Translations under genes and position numbers: made by a program
Assembly: GCA_042216335.1 (NCBI GenBank)
Contig: JBDGTY010000043.1
Span: forward strand, 246-35,991
DNA from: Candidatus Nanohalobium sp.
GTDB taxonomy: Archaea; Nanohalarchaeota; Nanosalinia; Nanosalinales; Nanosalinaceae
DNA: 35,746 bases
Direction of reading: 5' to 3'
Part shown: positions 26,335 through 35,746 of the stretch, piece by piece
Position numbering within the stretch: the first letter of the stretch is position 1
How the letters are laid out: every line of letters starts with the position of its first letter
Notes under the pieces: generated by a model
Seen by the model: the letters and a program-made list of their open reading frames with translations, nothing else
Database searches by the model: none
Told to the model about the DNA's origin: nothing

Positions 26335-26566
26335 ACTCACAAGACCGTAATCAATTAGTGAAAGCACATTAGGATTCTCTATCTCGGGGCCTCTGCCGTT
26401 CTTCATGAACGATGAGTGGGAGATGAGTATCCCACTCAAAATACATCAGGATAGATCGGAGGATGGGAAAGAGTCGTTGATTTCACCAAGAAGATGCAGT
26501 CAACGAATGGCAAGACCAGGGACTACCTGGACGGATATATAGTGAAGGAGTAAAGAGAAGGGGGGA

Positions 26567-28768
26567 TCAGGTCTCGACGACTGATTCCACGTCTTCTGCC
26601 AGTTCGTCGTACTTCTCCCGTTCTTCCTCGTCCAGTGATGCTCCTACTTTGTCCACTGCTTTCTCTAGATAGCTCTGCGTCAGTGTCAGATCGCCGAGAT
26701 TCTTCTCGATTTCCTCAGCCGGTGTGTCCTCCAAGTAGTCTCTCATCGCCAGCATTGAGGCTTCTCTGGACACTGCTTCCAGGTCGCTGCCTGTGAATCC
26801 TTCGGTTTCTTCTGCAAGCTGCTCTATGTCTACTTCTTCCGATGGCTTGCCCTCAAGGTGTATTCGGAGGATCTGTTCACGTGCTTCTTGATCTGGTACC
26901 GGCACCTCGACTATCCTGTCAAGTCTGCCGGGTCTGAGGAGTGCTTGGTCGATCATGTCGGGTCTGTTGGTCGTTGCGATGACAACTACATCCTCCAGCT
27001 CCTCTATACCGTCTAGCTCTGTCAGGAGCTGTGATACCACTCTCTGCTCTGATTCGCTGCCTATAGATCCGGCATCCCTTTCGCCTGCGATGGCGTCGAT
27101 CTCGTCGAAGAAGATTATGCTTGGAGAGTTCTCTCTTGCTTTCTCGAAGACTTCTCTTACTGCTTTTTCCGATTCCCCGACGTACTTGTTCAGTAGTTCA
27201 GGGCCTTTTACCGGTATGAAGTTGGAGTCGCTTGCGTTGGCCACCGCTTTTGCTAGAAGGGTTTTTCCTGTGCCTGGAGGGCCGTAGAGCAGTATTCCTT
27301 TGGGAGAGTCTGTATCCATGTGGTCGAACATCTCTCCGTGGTTCAATGGCCATTCGACAGCTTCAACCAGTTCCTGTTTTGCCTCTTCGAGCCCTCCGAC
27401 ATCTTCGTAGGATACGTCGGGAACTTCGACGAAGAACTCCCTCATTGCGGACGGCTCTACCAGGTTCATGGCCTGTTCGAAGTGCTCTTTCTTGACTTCA
27501 AGCTCCTCCAGCACTTCTGCTGGTACTTCTTCCTCGATGTCGATGTCTGAGCGTATTTCTCTAACTGCCCCCATGGCTGCCTCCTTCGTGAGGGATGCGA
27601 GGTCGGCGCCTACGAACCCGTGAGTTCTCTCCGCGTACTCTTCCAAGTCTACGTCGTCGCTGTATGGCATGCCGCGTGTATGGATCTGGAGTATCTCGTT
27701 TCTTCCCTCCTTGTCCGGTACGCCTATCTCGATCTCCCTATCGAAACGGCCTCCTCTTCTCAGCGCGGGATCGATGTCGTCGACGCGGTTGGTGGCCCCT
27801 ATGACTATGACGTCATCCCTGGCTTCTAGTCCATCCATGAGTGAGAGAAGCTGGGCTACGACCCTTCTCTCCATCTCGTCGGAGTCTTCTCTACCAGGTG
27901 CGATGGAGTCAAGTTCATCGAAGAAGATTATGCTCGGAGCGTTCTCCTCTGCTTCTTCGAATATCTCCCTGATCTCGCCTTCTGACTCTCCGTAGTACTT
28001 GCTCATTATTTCGGGGCCTGAGACGGAGATAAAGTTGGCATTGACTTCGTTGGCTACTGCTTTCGCGATCAAAGTCTTACCTGTTCCCGGAGGGCCGTGA
28101 AGGATAACGCCTTTAGGAGGTTCAATGGCCAGCTCCTCGAATATCTCCGGGTTTCTTAGCGGCATCTCGATCATCTCTCTTACCTGCTCAAGTTCTTCGT
28201 TCAGGCCTCCTATATCCTCATAGGTGACGTCAGGGACTTCTTCAGTTCCTGCCTCGCCTGTATCTCTTCCCTCTACTGATGCATCCTGAGAGATGCTTAC
28301 CCTGGTCCTGTTCGTCACAACTACAGGGCCTTCCGGGGAAGTTTCCGCAACCGCGAATGTCAGCGGCGAGCTGATGAACTTGACCCTGAAGCGGTCTCCC
28401 TGCATCAGCGGCTTGTTACTGAGTGCTTTCTTCAGGTAGTTCTGGCCTCCTTTCACTGCGAGCGACTGTGAGGTAGGTGTCAGGGTCACTTCCTTGGCCT
28501 CTGAGGCCTGAGCCTTAGAGACATCTACCTGATCTCCTATGCCTACACCGGCGTTCTTCCTAGTGTTACCGTCTATCCGGACTATGCCTAGCTGGCGGTC
28601 CTGCTTGTAGCCAGGCTGGGCCACAGCGACGGTGTCTTTATCTCCACTGATTTTGACTACATCGCCCTTCTCAATCCCTTCGGACTTCATCCTGTCGGGA
28701 TCGATGAGGGCTTTCTTCTTTCCAGCGTCACGTGGTTTAGCTTCCGCAACTTCAAGTTTTATTGACAT
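26567..28768 (-). CDS. cdc48: Cdc48/VCP family AAA+ ATPase
   Basis: N-domain plus two AAA modules (GPPGTGKT twice, [26 protein letters not shown]). Likely start MSIKL. Confidence 0.95.
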   Translation of the reverse strand: MSIKLEVAEAKPRDAGKKKALIDPDRMKSEGIEKGDVVKISGDKDTVAVAQPGYKQDRQLGIVRIDGNTRKNAGVGIGDQVDVSKAQASEAKEVTLTPTSQSLAVKGGQNYLKKALSNKPLMQGDRFRVKFISSPLTFAVAETSPEGPVVVTNRTRVSISQDASVEGRDTGEAGTEEVPDVTYEDIGGLNEELEQVREMIEMPLRNPEIFEELAIEPPKGVILHGPPGTGKTLIAKAVANEVNANFISVSGPEIMSKYYGESEGEIREIFEEAEENAPSIIFFDELDSIAPGREDSDEMERRVVAQLLSLMDGLEARDDVIVIGATNRVDDIDPALRRGGRFDREIEIGVPDKEGRNEILQIHTRGMPYSDDVDLEEYAERTHGFVGADLASLTKEAAMGAVREIRSDIDIEEEVPAEVLEELEVKKEHFEQAMNLVEPSAMREFFVEVPDVSYEDVGGLEEAKQELVEAVEWPLNHGEMFDHMDTDSPKGILLYGPPGTGKTLLAKAVANASDSNFIPVKGPELLNKYVGESEKAVREVFEKARENSPSIIFFDEIDAIAGERDAGSIGSESEQRVVSQLLTELDGIEELEDVVVIATTNRPDMIDQALLRPGRLDRIVEVPVPDQEAREQILRIHLEGKPSEEVDIEQLAEETEGFTGSDLEAVSREASMLAMRDYLEDTPAEEIEKNLGDLTLTQSYLEKAVDKVGASLDEEEREKYDELAEDVESVVET

Positions 28769-29035
28769 ACACAAAAAAAGTTAGAGGCTTTACCCTTTTA
28801 AATCTTTTCCCAAAGCGTTTCAATTTGAAATCCCAAAAGAATCGAAAAAGGGTTAAATCCTGTCCATCAACCCATCCTTATTCCCCTGGTACTACTTAAC
28901 GATTACATTGCCTCTCTCCTTCTCCAAGCCTATCTTTTCCAGCTGCTCGGCAGAGCCCTCCTCCTGCCAATCCTGCTCCTCTGAAACTCCGGAAAAGTTT
29001 AAAATCGTAATACTTCGTAATACTTTTCCGAGTGG

Positions 29036-29284
29036 ATGGAACTATCCGAATACCAAGAAAACGAACAACTATACAGCCAGGCGATCAGGGAGACAGGTCT
29101 AGAACCATTCCTCGAGGCATACCGTGAAGAGGAAAGTATTGAAAGTCCTTTCGACTATATGACAGAAGAAGAAAGAAAAAGAGTGGCAGACGCGGCTATG
29201 GAGCAGATTCTGGGACACAGACCAGCTGAGACCGGGATTGAGGACTCCACCATACTGGAAGCACCTCAGACTAGTAAGAACTGA
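29036..29284 (+). CDS. Small acidic hypothetical protein
   Basis: 82-aa ORF; TTTAAAA upstream. Confidence 0.55.
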   Translation: MELSEYQENEQLYSQAIRETGLEPFLEAYREEESIESPFDYMTEEERKRVADAAMEQILGHRPAETGIEDSTILEAPQTSKN

Positions 29285-29322
29285 AGTTTTCCTTAAAAAG
29301 CCAGAGAACCCAGTTTCTCAAC

Positions 29323-30066
29323 ATGCTTGGACGCCAGCACCTGATGCTTTCAGCAGCCACTGCAGCAGCACTGGCAGCACCTTTCATCGAACATACAGGA
29401 CTGGCGCTGACCTTCTTCACCGGAGCATGCATAGGCTCCCTGATACCGGACGTGGATGCACACGACGCCGCGATATTCCACAGAGACCTGAAAGGACTGA
29501 ACCACGGCACCGGCAGGATGCTCAACAACTTCATCGGTCCCGCATTACCGTTCTTCGGTTACACGACGAAATACCTGATCTACATACCAGCAGTAAAGTT
29601 CTACAACTTTCTGTTCAGCGACTACAGCTTCCACGGAGAGCACAGAAGCTTCTCCCATTCAGTACTCGGAATCTTTACGATGACAGCTTTGACAGGCGTC
29701 TACATCATCTCGACTCTGGCCGTACTGCAGGTCTTCATCCCTCTGTACGTCGGAGCTTTCCTGCTGGCGTATATGACCGGTGCTTTCCTCCACATGCTCC
29801 AGGACAGCTGCACAAAGACCGGTATCGCATGGAACTCGCCCTTCTCAAAGACAAAGCTGAAGGGAAGGCTTAAGACAGGGAAGTCCAGGTTAAAGCCCCG
29901 GATGTTCTTCACCTACCTTGCGACAGTCGCGGGAATAACATTCTACCTCGGAAGTATCCCAAGCTACACCTTAAGCTCGGTGGGACTGGCAGTCCAGACT
30001 GTTCTGCTTCTCGGAGCCAGCTGGCTGGTTTTCATGCATTTCTCAGGAGTGAAAAGAGAAAGATGA
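29323..30066 (+). CDS. YdjM-like membrane-bound metal-dependent hydrolase
   Basis: GRQH, GSLIPDVD, HRSFSHS and HMLQD motifs. Confidence 0.88.
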   Translation: MLGRQHLMLSAATAAALAAPFIEHTGLALTFFTGACIGSLIPDVDAHDAAIFHRDLKGLNHGTGRMLNNFIGPALPFFGYTTKYLIYIPAVKFYNFLFSDYSFHGEHRSFSHSVLGIFTMTALTGVYIISTLAVLQVFIPLYVGAFLLAYMTGAFLHMLQDSCTKTGIAWNSPFSKTKLKGRLKTGKSRLKPRMFFTYLATVAGITFYLGSIPSYTLSSVGLAVQTVLLLGASWLVFMHFSGVKRER

Positions 30067-30093
30067 GTTAAAAGGATTGTTCTCAGAGATAAC

Positions 30094-30447
30094 TCAGGGA
30101 TTATCTGGATCTTCCAGTTCCTCTAAAGCTTGTGATTTTACCTTGTCAAACTGTGTTCTCAAAATGTTTGAGCTGCTGTAACTCTCCACTATATCCTCAA
30201 TCCTGTCGGGTTCATAGAGCTCGGTTTTCTTCCAGTAGTGATTGCGATGTGCCGGATCGAACTCATCAGGGGCAAGCATTCCTTCCCTCGCCAGATCAAT
30301 CAGAAGACGGTTCAGAGGCTCAGTCGGAGATTCGTCTTCCTCAACAGAAAGCTTAACACGGACTTCCGCCGTTCTAAATTCATCACCCAGACCATCCAAA
30401 ACAGTACTCAGAACATCAGTATCCGGGCTGTAATCATAGTTAGGCAC
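30094..30447 (-). CDS. Hypothetical protein (possible winged helix)
   Basis: LNRLLIDLAREGML...YWK pattern; GTG start. Confidence 0.5.
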   Translation of the reverse strand: MPNYDYSPDTDVLSTVLDGLGDEFRTAEVRVKLSVEEDESPTEPLNRLLIDLAREGMLAPDEFDPAHRNHYWKKTELYEPDRIEDIVESYSSSNILRTQFDKVKSQALEELEDPDNP

Positions 30448-30530
30448 AGAATAAATCTACATCGAAAACTTATACAGATAACCCAGGAAAACAGGAAAAC
30501 GAAGATAAGGACCGAGAACCAAGTCTTTAC

Positions 30531-31442
30531 ATGACCTGGACAGCAGAAGACATGAGTTCTCTCGAAGAAAAAGTCGCTATCGTCACCGGCGCAAACTCCG
30601 GAATAGGCTTCGAAGCCACGAAGGAGCTGGCGAGGAAGGACTGTGAGGTGGTGATGGCATGCAGGGACAGGGAGAAGGCGAACGAAGCCCGAAACGAGGT
30701 AGAGAAGGAGCTGAGGGACCCGGACCTGAGGATCATAGAGCTGGATCTGGCGGATTTAAACTCCATAAATGACTTCGCCCGGCGTTTCAAGGAAAAGTAT
30801 GACAGACTCGATTTTATGGTGAACAACGCCGGAGTGATGCACCTGCCTTTCAAAAGGACGGAGTTCGGGTTCGAGTACCAGTTCGGAGTCAACCACCTCG
30901 GACACTTCTACCTCAACTCGAGGCTGATCGACATGATAGAGAAAACGGAGGATTCAAGGGTCGTCTGCGTAAGCTCTCTGTTGCACAGAGACGCGGAGCT
31001 CGACTTCGAGGAGATGAACAACAGGGAGAGTTACGACAAAAAAGTGGCGTACGGAGACAGCAAGATGGCCAACCTGATGTACGCAAAAGAACTAGACCAG
31101 AGATTCAAAGAAAAAGAGGTAGACTCGAAGGCAATCGCCGTACACCCCGGATACTCGGATACCAACCTACAGGCAAGGGCCGCAGGAGGAAGGATAAAGA
31201 CTGCAGGCATGAAACTCATGAACAAGGTAGCAGCCCAGTCAGCAGAGAAAGGTGCTTTACCTACTCTCTACGCATGCACCGCCGAACTCAAGGGCGGAGA
31301 GTTCATCGGCCCGGACGGCTTCAAACAGATGCGGGGCAACCCCACCAAGGTTCAACCGGACGAAAGAGCGGAAGACAGAGAATTGAGACAGAAGCTCTGG
31401 GAGTTCTCAGAGGACGAGCTGGGGATAAGTTTCGGGGTATAG
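30531..31442 (+). CDS. SDR oxidoreductase (retinol dehydrogenase-like)
   Basis: TGANSGIG, NNAG, NHLGHF and YGDSK motifs. Confidence 0.93.
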   Translation: MTWTAEDMSSLEEKVAIVTGANSGIGFEATKELARKDCEVVMACRDREKANEARNEVEKELRDPDLRIIELDLADLNSINDFARRFKEKYDRLDFMVNNAGVMHLPFKRTEFGFEYQFGVNHLGHFYLNSRLIDMIEKTEDSRVVCVSSLLHRDAELDFEEMNNRESYDKKVAYGDSKMANLMYAKELDQRFKEKEVDSKAIAVHPGYSDTNLQARAAGGRIKTAGMKLMNKVAAQSAEKGALPTLYACTAELKGGEFIGPDGFKQMRGNPTKVQPDERAEDRELRQKLWEFSEDELGISFGV

Positions 31443-31445
31443 AAA

Positions 31446-31751
31446 TCAGGCCTTTGCTGCCGGGTACTGACTCGAGATCACGTTGCGTGAGCTGTCGATC
31501 TGGAGAATTAGTTCGACCTTTATAGCCTCTTCCGTCCTTGAAAACTCTACATCAACCCCATCGATATTCCGTAGTTCTTCCTTTGACAACGGTGTCTTCT
31601 GCGAAGCATCGATTACCTCAAGCCCCAGAAAGTCACCACTGCAGTCCAAATCCACTATAAAGCCGTCAAGCTCCAGGTTCTCACCGAAGTCATCGAAATC
31701 TTCTCTCTCAACAACCAGGACATCGATATCCGGTTTATAATCAAATCTCAT
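31446..31751 (-). CDS. DUF2283 family protein
   Basis: FDYKPDIDVL...IVDLD..GDFLGLEVIDAS; GAGGT SD before the ATG at 31751. Confidence 0.8.
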   Translation of the reverse strand: MRFDYKPDIDVLVVEREDFDDFGENLELDGFIVDLDCSGDFLGLEVIDASQKTPLSKEELRNIDGVDVEFSRTEEAIKVELILQIDSSRNVISSQYPAAKA

Positions 31752-31840
31752 TTTCAACCTCTCCAGATACTCTTTACCAAAACCTTGGTGCCCGGAACAT
31801 TAAAGTATATCATAAATAGCTCAAACTAACTGAACATTCT

Positions 31841-32161
31841 ATGCAACAACTTGTCGAAAAACTCAGGGAAGTAGAGGGCGTGAAGGCTGTCAGGAAAAGA
31901 TCCAGTACTTTACGGATTGAGCTGTTCGCCCGGGAGAAATCAGAAGATATCTGGGAGATCAGAGGCGACCTCAGGAAGACAGGCCAGCAGATAAGACAGA
32001 GACTGGAGGAAGCCCGAGAAGAAGGCCTGATAGAGAACTGGAACTGGACGCAGAAACCGGAGAAAAAGTACGGGGACACGCCGATTGAGACGGAGAAGGT
32101 CAGCGACAGGAAACCCCTGGGCCACAGACCACCCTACTACACAGTCTCAGTACAGGAGTAA
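31841..32161 (+). CDS. Hypothetical protein
   Basis: 106-aa ORF with host-like codon usage. Confidence 0.65.
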   Translation: MQQLVEKLREVEGVKAVRKRSSTLRIELFAREKSEDIWEIRGDLRKTGQQIRQRLEEAREEGLIENWNWTQKPEKKYGDTPIETEKVSDRKPLGHRPPYYTVSVQE

Positions 32162-32165
32162 AAAC

Positions 32166-32300
32166 ATGGTTGAGACATCGCTCGAACTCGAGTGCCGTGG
32201 ATGCGGAAACAACTTCTGGTACAGCGGACAAAAACAGAATCCGGAAACAGTCGAATGCCCGGGATGCCACGGAAACGTCCGGATACCCGAAGAAGGATAG
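32166..32300 (+). CDS. 44-aa Zn-ribbon protein
   Basis: CRGC...CPGC; SD AGGAG lies in the end of the upstream gene. Confidence 0.7.
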   Translation: MVETSLELECRGCGNNFWYSGQKQNPETVECPGCHGNVRIPEEG

Positions 32301-32340
32301 CAGAAACGCTAAAAAGACTTAGGCCGGGATAGTGTAAGCA

Positions 32341-32655
32341 ATGGAAGAAAGCAACTTTGGCGAGGATTTCCAGCGATACAATTTTGAGACATACCAGGAA
32401 GCGTTTGAGAAACTGAGATCTTCTAGAGAGCATCGAACAGACATCGAGAAGATTTTTAAATCTCTCAAAGAAAGAGAAAAGACACCAGAAGAACTCTCAG
32501 ATGAACTTAACCGGCCCGAATCCAGTGTCAGGTCGGCAGCTAGCAAACTGAAGAAAGACGGGCTCGTATACTCCGTGGGCCCTGCAAAAGGCAAGTACTA
32601 CGGCCTAAGCGTAGAAGAGCTTCACGACGGCGACTACATCCAGGGAATCAACTGA
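32341..32655 (+). CDS. Winged-helix HTH protein
   Basis: TPEELSDELNRPESSVRSAASKLKKDGLV...GKYY. Confidence 0.8.
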   Translation: MEESNFGEDFQRYNFETYQEAFEKLRSSREHRTDIEKIFKSLKEREKTPEELSDELNRPESSVRSAASKLKKDGLVYSVGPAKGKYYGLSVEELHDGDYIQGIN

Positions 32656-32714
32656 AAAAACTGAGATACCGGGATAAAGGGAAATTTTTCAACCGAAAAA
32701 ACTAACCAGGAAGT

Positions 32715-32942
32715 ATGCACCTCGACAGACACACCTGCAGAAGAACCGTAGCAGCAGTATTCCCTGTAACAGTCCTGATCACCACATACATCCTCAAAAC
32801 ACTGCAGTTCTCCGACATACTCGCCGTCGCCTCCACACTGTTCTCCGCATCCATCACGGCAGGAATCTGCCTCGAAACCTCGTACCGGTTCCTCGTGAAA
32901 GAAGCCACCGCACCACTGGATAAACTGATCGAGAAGCTGTAG
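32715..32942 (+). CDS. Small 2-TM membrane protein
   Basis: Two hydrophobic segments. Confidence 0.5.
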   Translation: MHLDRHTCRRTVAAVFPVTVLITTYILKTLQFSDILAVASTLFSASITAGICLETSYRFLVKEATAPLDKLIEKL

Positions 32943-32976
32943 TTCAGAAGATCCGGTTCAACTGTTTAAGAGTTGG

Positions 32977-33507
32977 ATGTCAGAAACTTTCTCGATGAAC
33001 GATGCAGTAGACCCTTTCCACATACTTGAAGACACTTCCCCGGAACTGGAGAAGACGCTGGAAGACCCTCTCTCAATGAACTTCAGGGGAAGAGAAAGAG
33101 ACCTTGTGGAACTTTATCCAGACCACCTCTCGTTCAGGCAGGCGACCGTAGACCTCGGAAACCAGAACGTCGAACTCCAGACCAACCTCCAGAGCGAAAC
33201 AGAGGGATACACCACGGTTATGTACACCGACGGAGCCGCACTGGTCGAAAGCCAGGCCGAGATAAGAAAAGACAACAGGTTCGGCCTCTCAACAGCATAC
33301 TACCTCGTAACAGACCAGCACACACTCATCCACAACGGACACAACTGGGAAGAAACCTACAACCCCGGAGTAAGAGACGCCGCCCACCTCACACCACACC
33401 TCTACCAGAAAGCCCAGAATTATACTGGAAGTGGAAAAGAGGAAACAATCGAACAAAGCAAGGGAAGAACAGTACCACCACCCAGAAACGGAGACTTCAC
33501 GGAATAG
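32977..33507 (+). CDS. Hypothetical protein
   Basis: 176-aa ORF; TTTAAG upstream. Confidence 0.6.
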   Translation: MSETFSMNDAVDPFHILEDTSPELEKTLEDPLSMNFRGRERDLVELYPDHLSFRQATVDLGNQNVELQTNLQSETEGYTTVMYTDGAALVESQAEIRKDNRFGLSTAYYLVTDQHTLIHNGHNWEETYNPGVRDAAHLTPHLYQKAQNYTGSGKEETIEQSKGRTVPPPRNGDFTE

Positions 33508-33566
33508 CGACAAATCCAACGAAGTTACTAAAAACTTCTTTGAAGAAAACTTACACAGGTGTCTCA

Positions 33567-35746
33567 GTGACTCAGACCACACTCAGTAACTACAGAAACA
33601 ATCTTTTCTCAAACCACTTCCTAGAAGAAAGAATTCAAGACAGAGATGAATGGCAGGAAACAAAATTTGAGGAAAAATTCGACGACTTCAGAAGACTCTA
33701 CAGAGAGAAGAAAGATATTCTATCCGAGAACCTGAACGAGGATCAGACACAGGACAACTTTATCGATCCAATTCTTAGAAAGTTAGGCCATGACTGGGTA
33801 ACGGAGGCCAGCAAACGTGTAGGTTCAAGGACCGATGGAAAGACTCTGAATCCCGACTATGCATTCATGAATCCTGCTCAAACTCCAAAAGTTCATAGAG
33901 GACAGGAGGATGCACTGGAAGTTAACTATGCTGTCGGAGATGCAAAAAGCTGGAACCAGAAGCTTGACAAATCCTCACAGGATCACACAAACCCGGCCTT
34001 CCAGATCTACAACTACATCGACAGGCTTCGGGCCGACTGGGGAATACTGACAAACGGAAGGAAATGGAGGCTTTACAGCTACGAAAAATGCGCCGCAGAC
34101 ATCTACTTCGAAGTAGACCTGGAAGAAATACTGGCCGGAGAGAAGACAGAAGAGAAATTGGAGGCCTTCAAATACTTCTATCTGTTCTTCCAGGCCGAGA
34201 GCTTCGAAGGAGAGTTCCTGAAAGAAGTATACCAGGAATCAGTAAACTACTCTGAAGGCCTTGAAGACGATCTTGAAGACAAAGTTTACGATGCACTTGA
34301 AGTAGCAGTAGAAGGATTCTTCGAAACGAATGATATCGAGAAGACAGAGGAAAATATCGACCTCGTTCACCACGCATCACTGATCTTCCTCTACAGAATA
34401 CTGTTTATACTGAACGCAGAAAGCCGAGACCTTCTACCTGTAGAAAACGATATCTATCAGGATCAACTGAGCTTTGAATTTCTGAAAGAACAGCTCCTCT
34501 CAGATGAGGAAAACAACACTTTCCCGGAAAACACCTGGCTATGGCAGGAAAGAATATCCAACCTTTTCGAAGCAATAAACGATGGAAGAGACTACGGAGA
34601 CTTCGAAATACCTGCATACAACGGAGGCCTATTCGACAACGAAGAAACAGAAGAAAACAAGTTCCTAGCAGAAAACCAGCTACAAGGAAACCACCTCAAA
34701 GAAATACTGAATCTACTCGCCACTACAAAGGTGGAAGACGAAAAAGTCCTCGTAGACTACAAAGACCTCAACATAAGACACCTCGGATCAGTTTATGAGG
34801 GACTACTCGAACACGAATTCAAAGCAGCCGACGAAAGAAAAGTATTGAAAAACGGAGAATGGCAGGAAATCTCAGATCAAAACAAAGACTGGGAAGGCTT
34901 TGACGAAGAGAAGAGAGTAGAAGAAAATGAACTTTATTTGACAAACGAATCAGGCGAAAGAAAGGCCACAGGAAGCTACTACACGCCAGAATACATTGTC
35001 GAATACATAGTCGAAAACACTGTGGGGCCGAAAGTAGACGAGAAAATAGAAGAAGCAGAGGAAAACGGCAACAACGTCCTGACAAAAATTCTGGAGCTGA
35101 ACGTCTGCGACCCAGCGATGGGGTCAGGCCACTTCCTGACAGAAGCAACAGAGTTCATCGCAGAACACATAGTAGAACACGCAAACCTGGAAAAACAGAA
35201 CATAGACGAAAAAGAAGACGAACTGAACTGGGCGAAAAGACAAGTCGTACAGAACTGCATCTACGGCGTAGACGTGAATGAATTGGCAGTAGAACTCGGA
35301 AAACTAAGTCTCTGGATCGAAACAATGGCTGAAGGAAACCCACTGAACTTCCTCGACCACCACCTCAAACACGGAAACAGCTTGATCGGCTCAGACTTCG
35401 ACGAAATAATGTTCCATCCAGATGTAGAAAATGAGGAGGAAAAAGACCTGACAGAATTCCACGTCCAATTTGAAGACGCCAGAAACGTCCTGAAAACAAA
35501 ATATCAAAGCATAGAAAGAATGGACGAGGACACTGTAGAAAAAATCCACGAAAAAGAACAAGCCTACAGAAAATTCATAGAAGAAAACGAACAATACCAG
35601 ATAATCAAAGAACTCTCCAACATACACACCTATCAAAGCCTAAACGGAGACATCACACCAGAAAAATACAGCAGAGCAGTCCAAAACATCTACCAATCCA
35701 GCGAATTCTCCAAACAAGAATGGTTCCAAAACGCCCAACAAGACGC
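33567..35746 (+). CDS. Type IIG/IIL (Eco57I-like) fused restriction endonuclease-DNA methyltransferase, partial (runs off the right edge; not in ORF track)
   Basis: GTG start after AGGTG; frame open for 726 codons. Motifs: NPDYAF...GDAK (PD-DxK), WGILTNGRKWRLY, YNGGLF, LGSVYEGLL, RKATGSYYTP, DPAMGSGHFL (SAM motif I), IYGVD, HLKHGNSLIG. Confidence 0.92.
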   Translation, partial: MTQTTLSNYRNNLFSNHFLEERIQDRDEWQETKFEEKFDDFRRLYREKKDILSENLNEDQTQDNFIDPILRKLGHDWVTEASKRVGSRTDGKTLNPDYAFMNPAQTPKVHRGQEDALEVNYAVGDAKSWNQKLDKSSQDHTNPAFQIYNYIDRLRADWGILTNGRKWRLYSYEKCAADIYFEVDLEEILAGEKTEEKLEAFKYFYLFFQAESFEGEFLKEVYQESVNYSEGLEDDLEDKVYDALEVAVEGFFETNDIEKTEENIDLVHHASLIFLYRILFILNAESRDLLPVENDIYQDQLSFEFLKEQLLSDEENNTFPENTWLWQERISNLFEAINDGRDYGDFEIPAYNGGLFDNEETEENKFLAENQLQGNHLKEILNLLATTKVEDEKVLVDYKDLNIRHLGSVYEGLLEHEFKAADERKVLKNGEWQEISDQNKDWEGFDEEKRVEENELYLTNESGERKATGSYYTPEYIVEYIVENTVGPKVDEKIEEAEENGNNVLTKILELNVCDPAMGSGHFLTEATEFIAEHIVEHANLEKQNIDEKEDELNWAKRQVVQNCIYGVDVNELAVELGKLSLWIETMAEGNPLNFLDHHLKHGNSLIGSDFDEIMFHPDVENEEEKDLTEFHVQFEDARNVLKTKYQSIERMDEDTVEKIHEKEQAYRKFIEENEQYQIIKELSNIHTYQSLNGDITPEKYSRAVQNIYQSSEFSKQEWFQNAQQD

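Noticed and set aside
34064-35636. Several short ORFs listed at the right end
   Set aside because: They are alternative-frame or antisense shadows of the long R-M reading frame starting at 33567.
1-35746. CRISPR array, IS transposase or reverse transcriptase
   Set aside because: No regularly spaced repeats, terminal inverted repeats, or DDE/TnpB/RT motifs were recognised by eye.

Overview
Archaeal chromosomal segment with a strongly acidic proteome, dense overlapping genes, TATA-type promoters and an unlinked 5S rRNA. These traits fit a halophilic DPANN archaeon, most likely Nanohaloarchaeota; this is inferred, not searched. The left ~10 kb is one minus-strand run of genes: RecU/Hjc-like nuclease, degenerate site-2-protease-like membrane protein, HerA/DUF87-type ATPase with a 605-aa LAGLIDADG intein in its P-loop, membrane protein, Hef, DUF460 and an archaeosortase. 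It ends in a virus-like block of a Zn-ribbon protein, a Tat-motif/fibre-like protein and a partial HNH endonuclease. The middle holds three RNA genes: an SRP RNA that appears to lack helix 6 and has a UGAC tetraloop, a tRNA-Cys(GCA) with a 52-nt intron, and a stand-alone 5S rRNA. It also holds housekeeping enzymes (PAP2, IMPase, PqqB-like MBL protein, three tandem Nudix domains, m5C RNA methyltransferase, a cysteine-free family-4 UDG, a disulfide oxidoreductase, NnrE, PCD, Cdc48) and a decayed EamA transporter pseudogene. The right end is accessory: small ORFs, orphan antitoxin-like genes and a large type IIG-like restriction-modification gene that runs off the window and is missing from the ORF track. 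The best candidate for an undescribed system is the membrane-associated HerA-type ATPase module embedded among junction-processing nucleases. All calls come from motif reading by eye.
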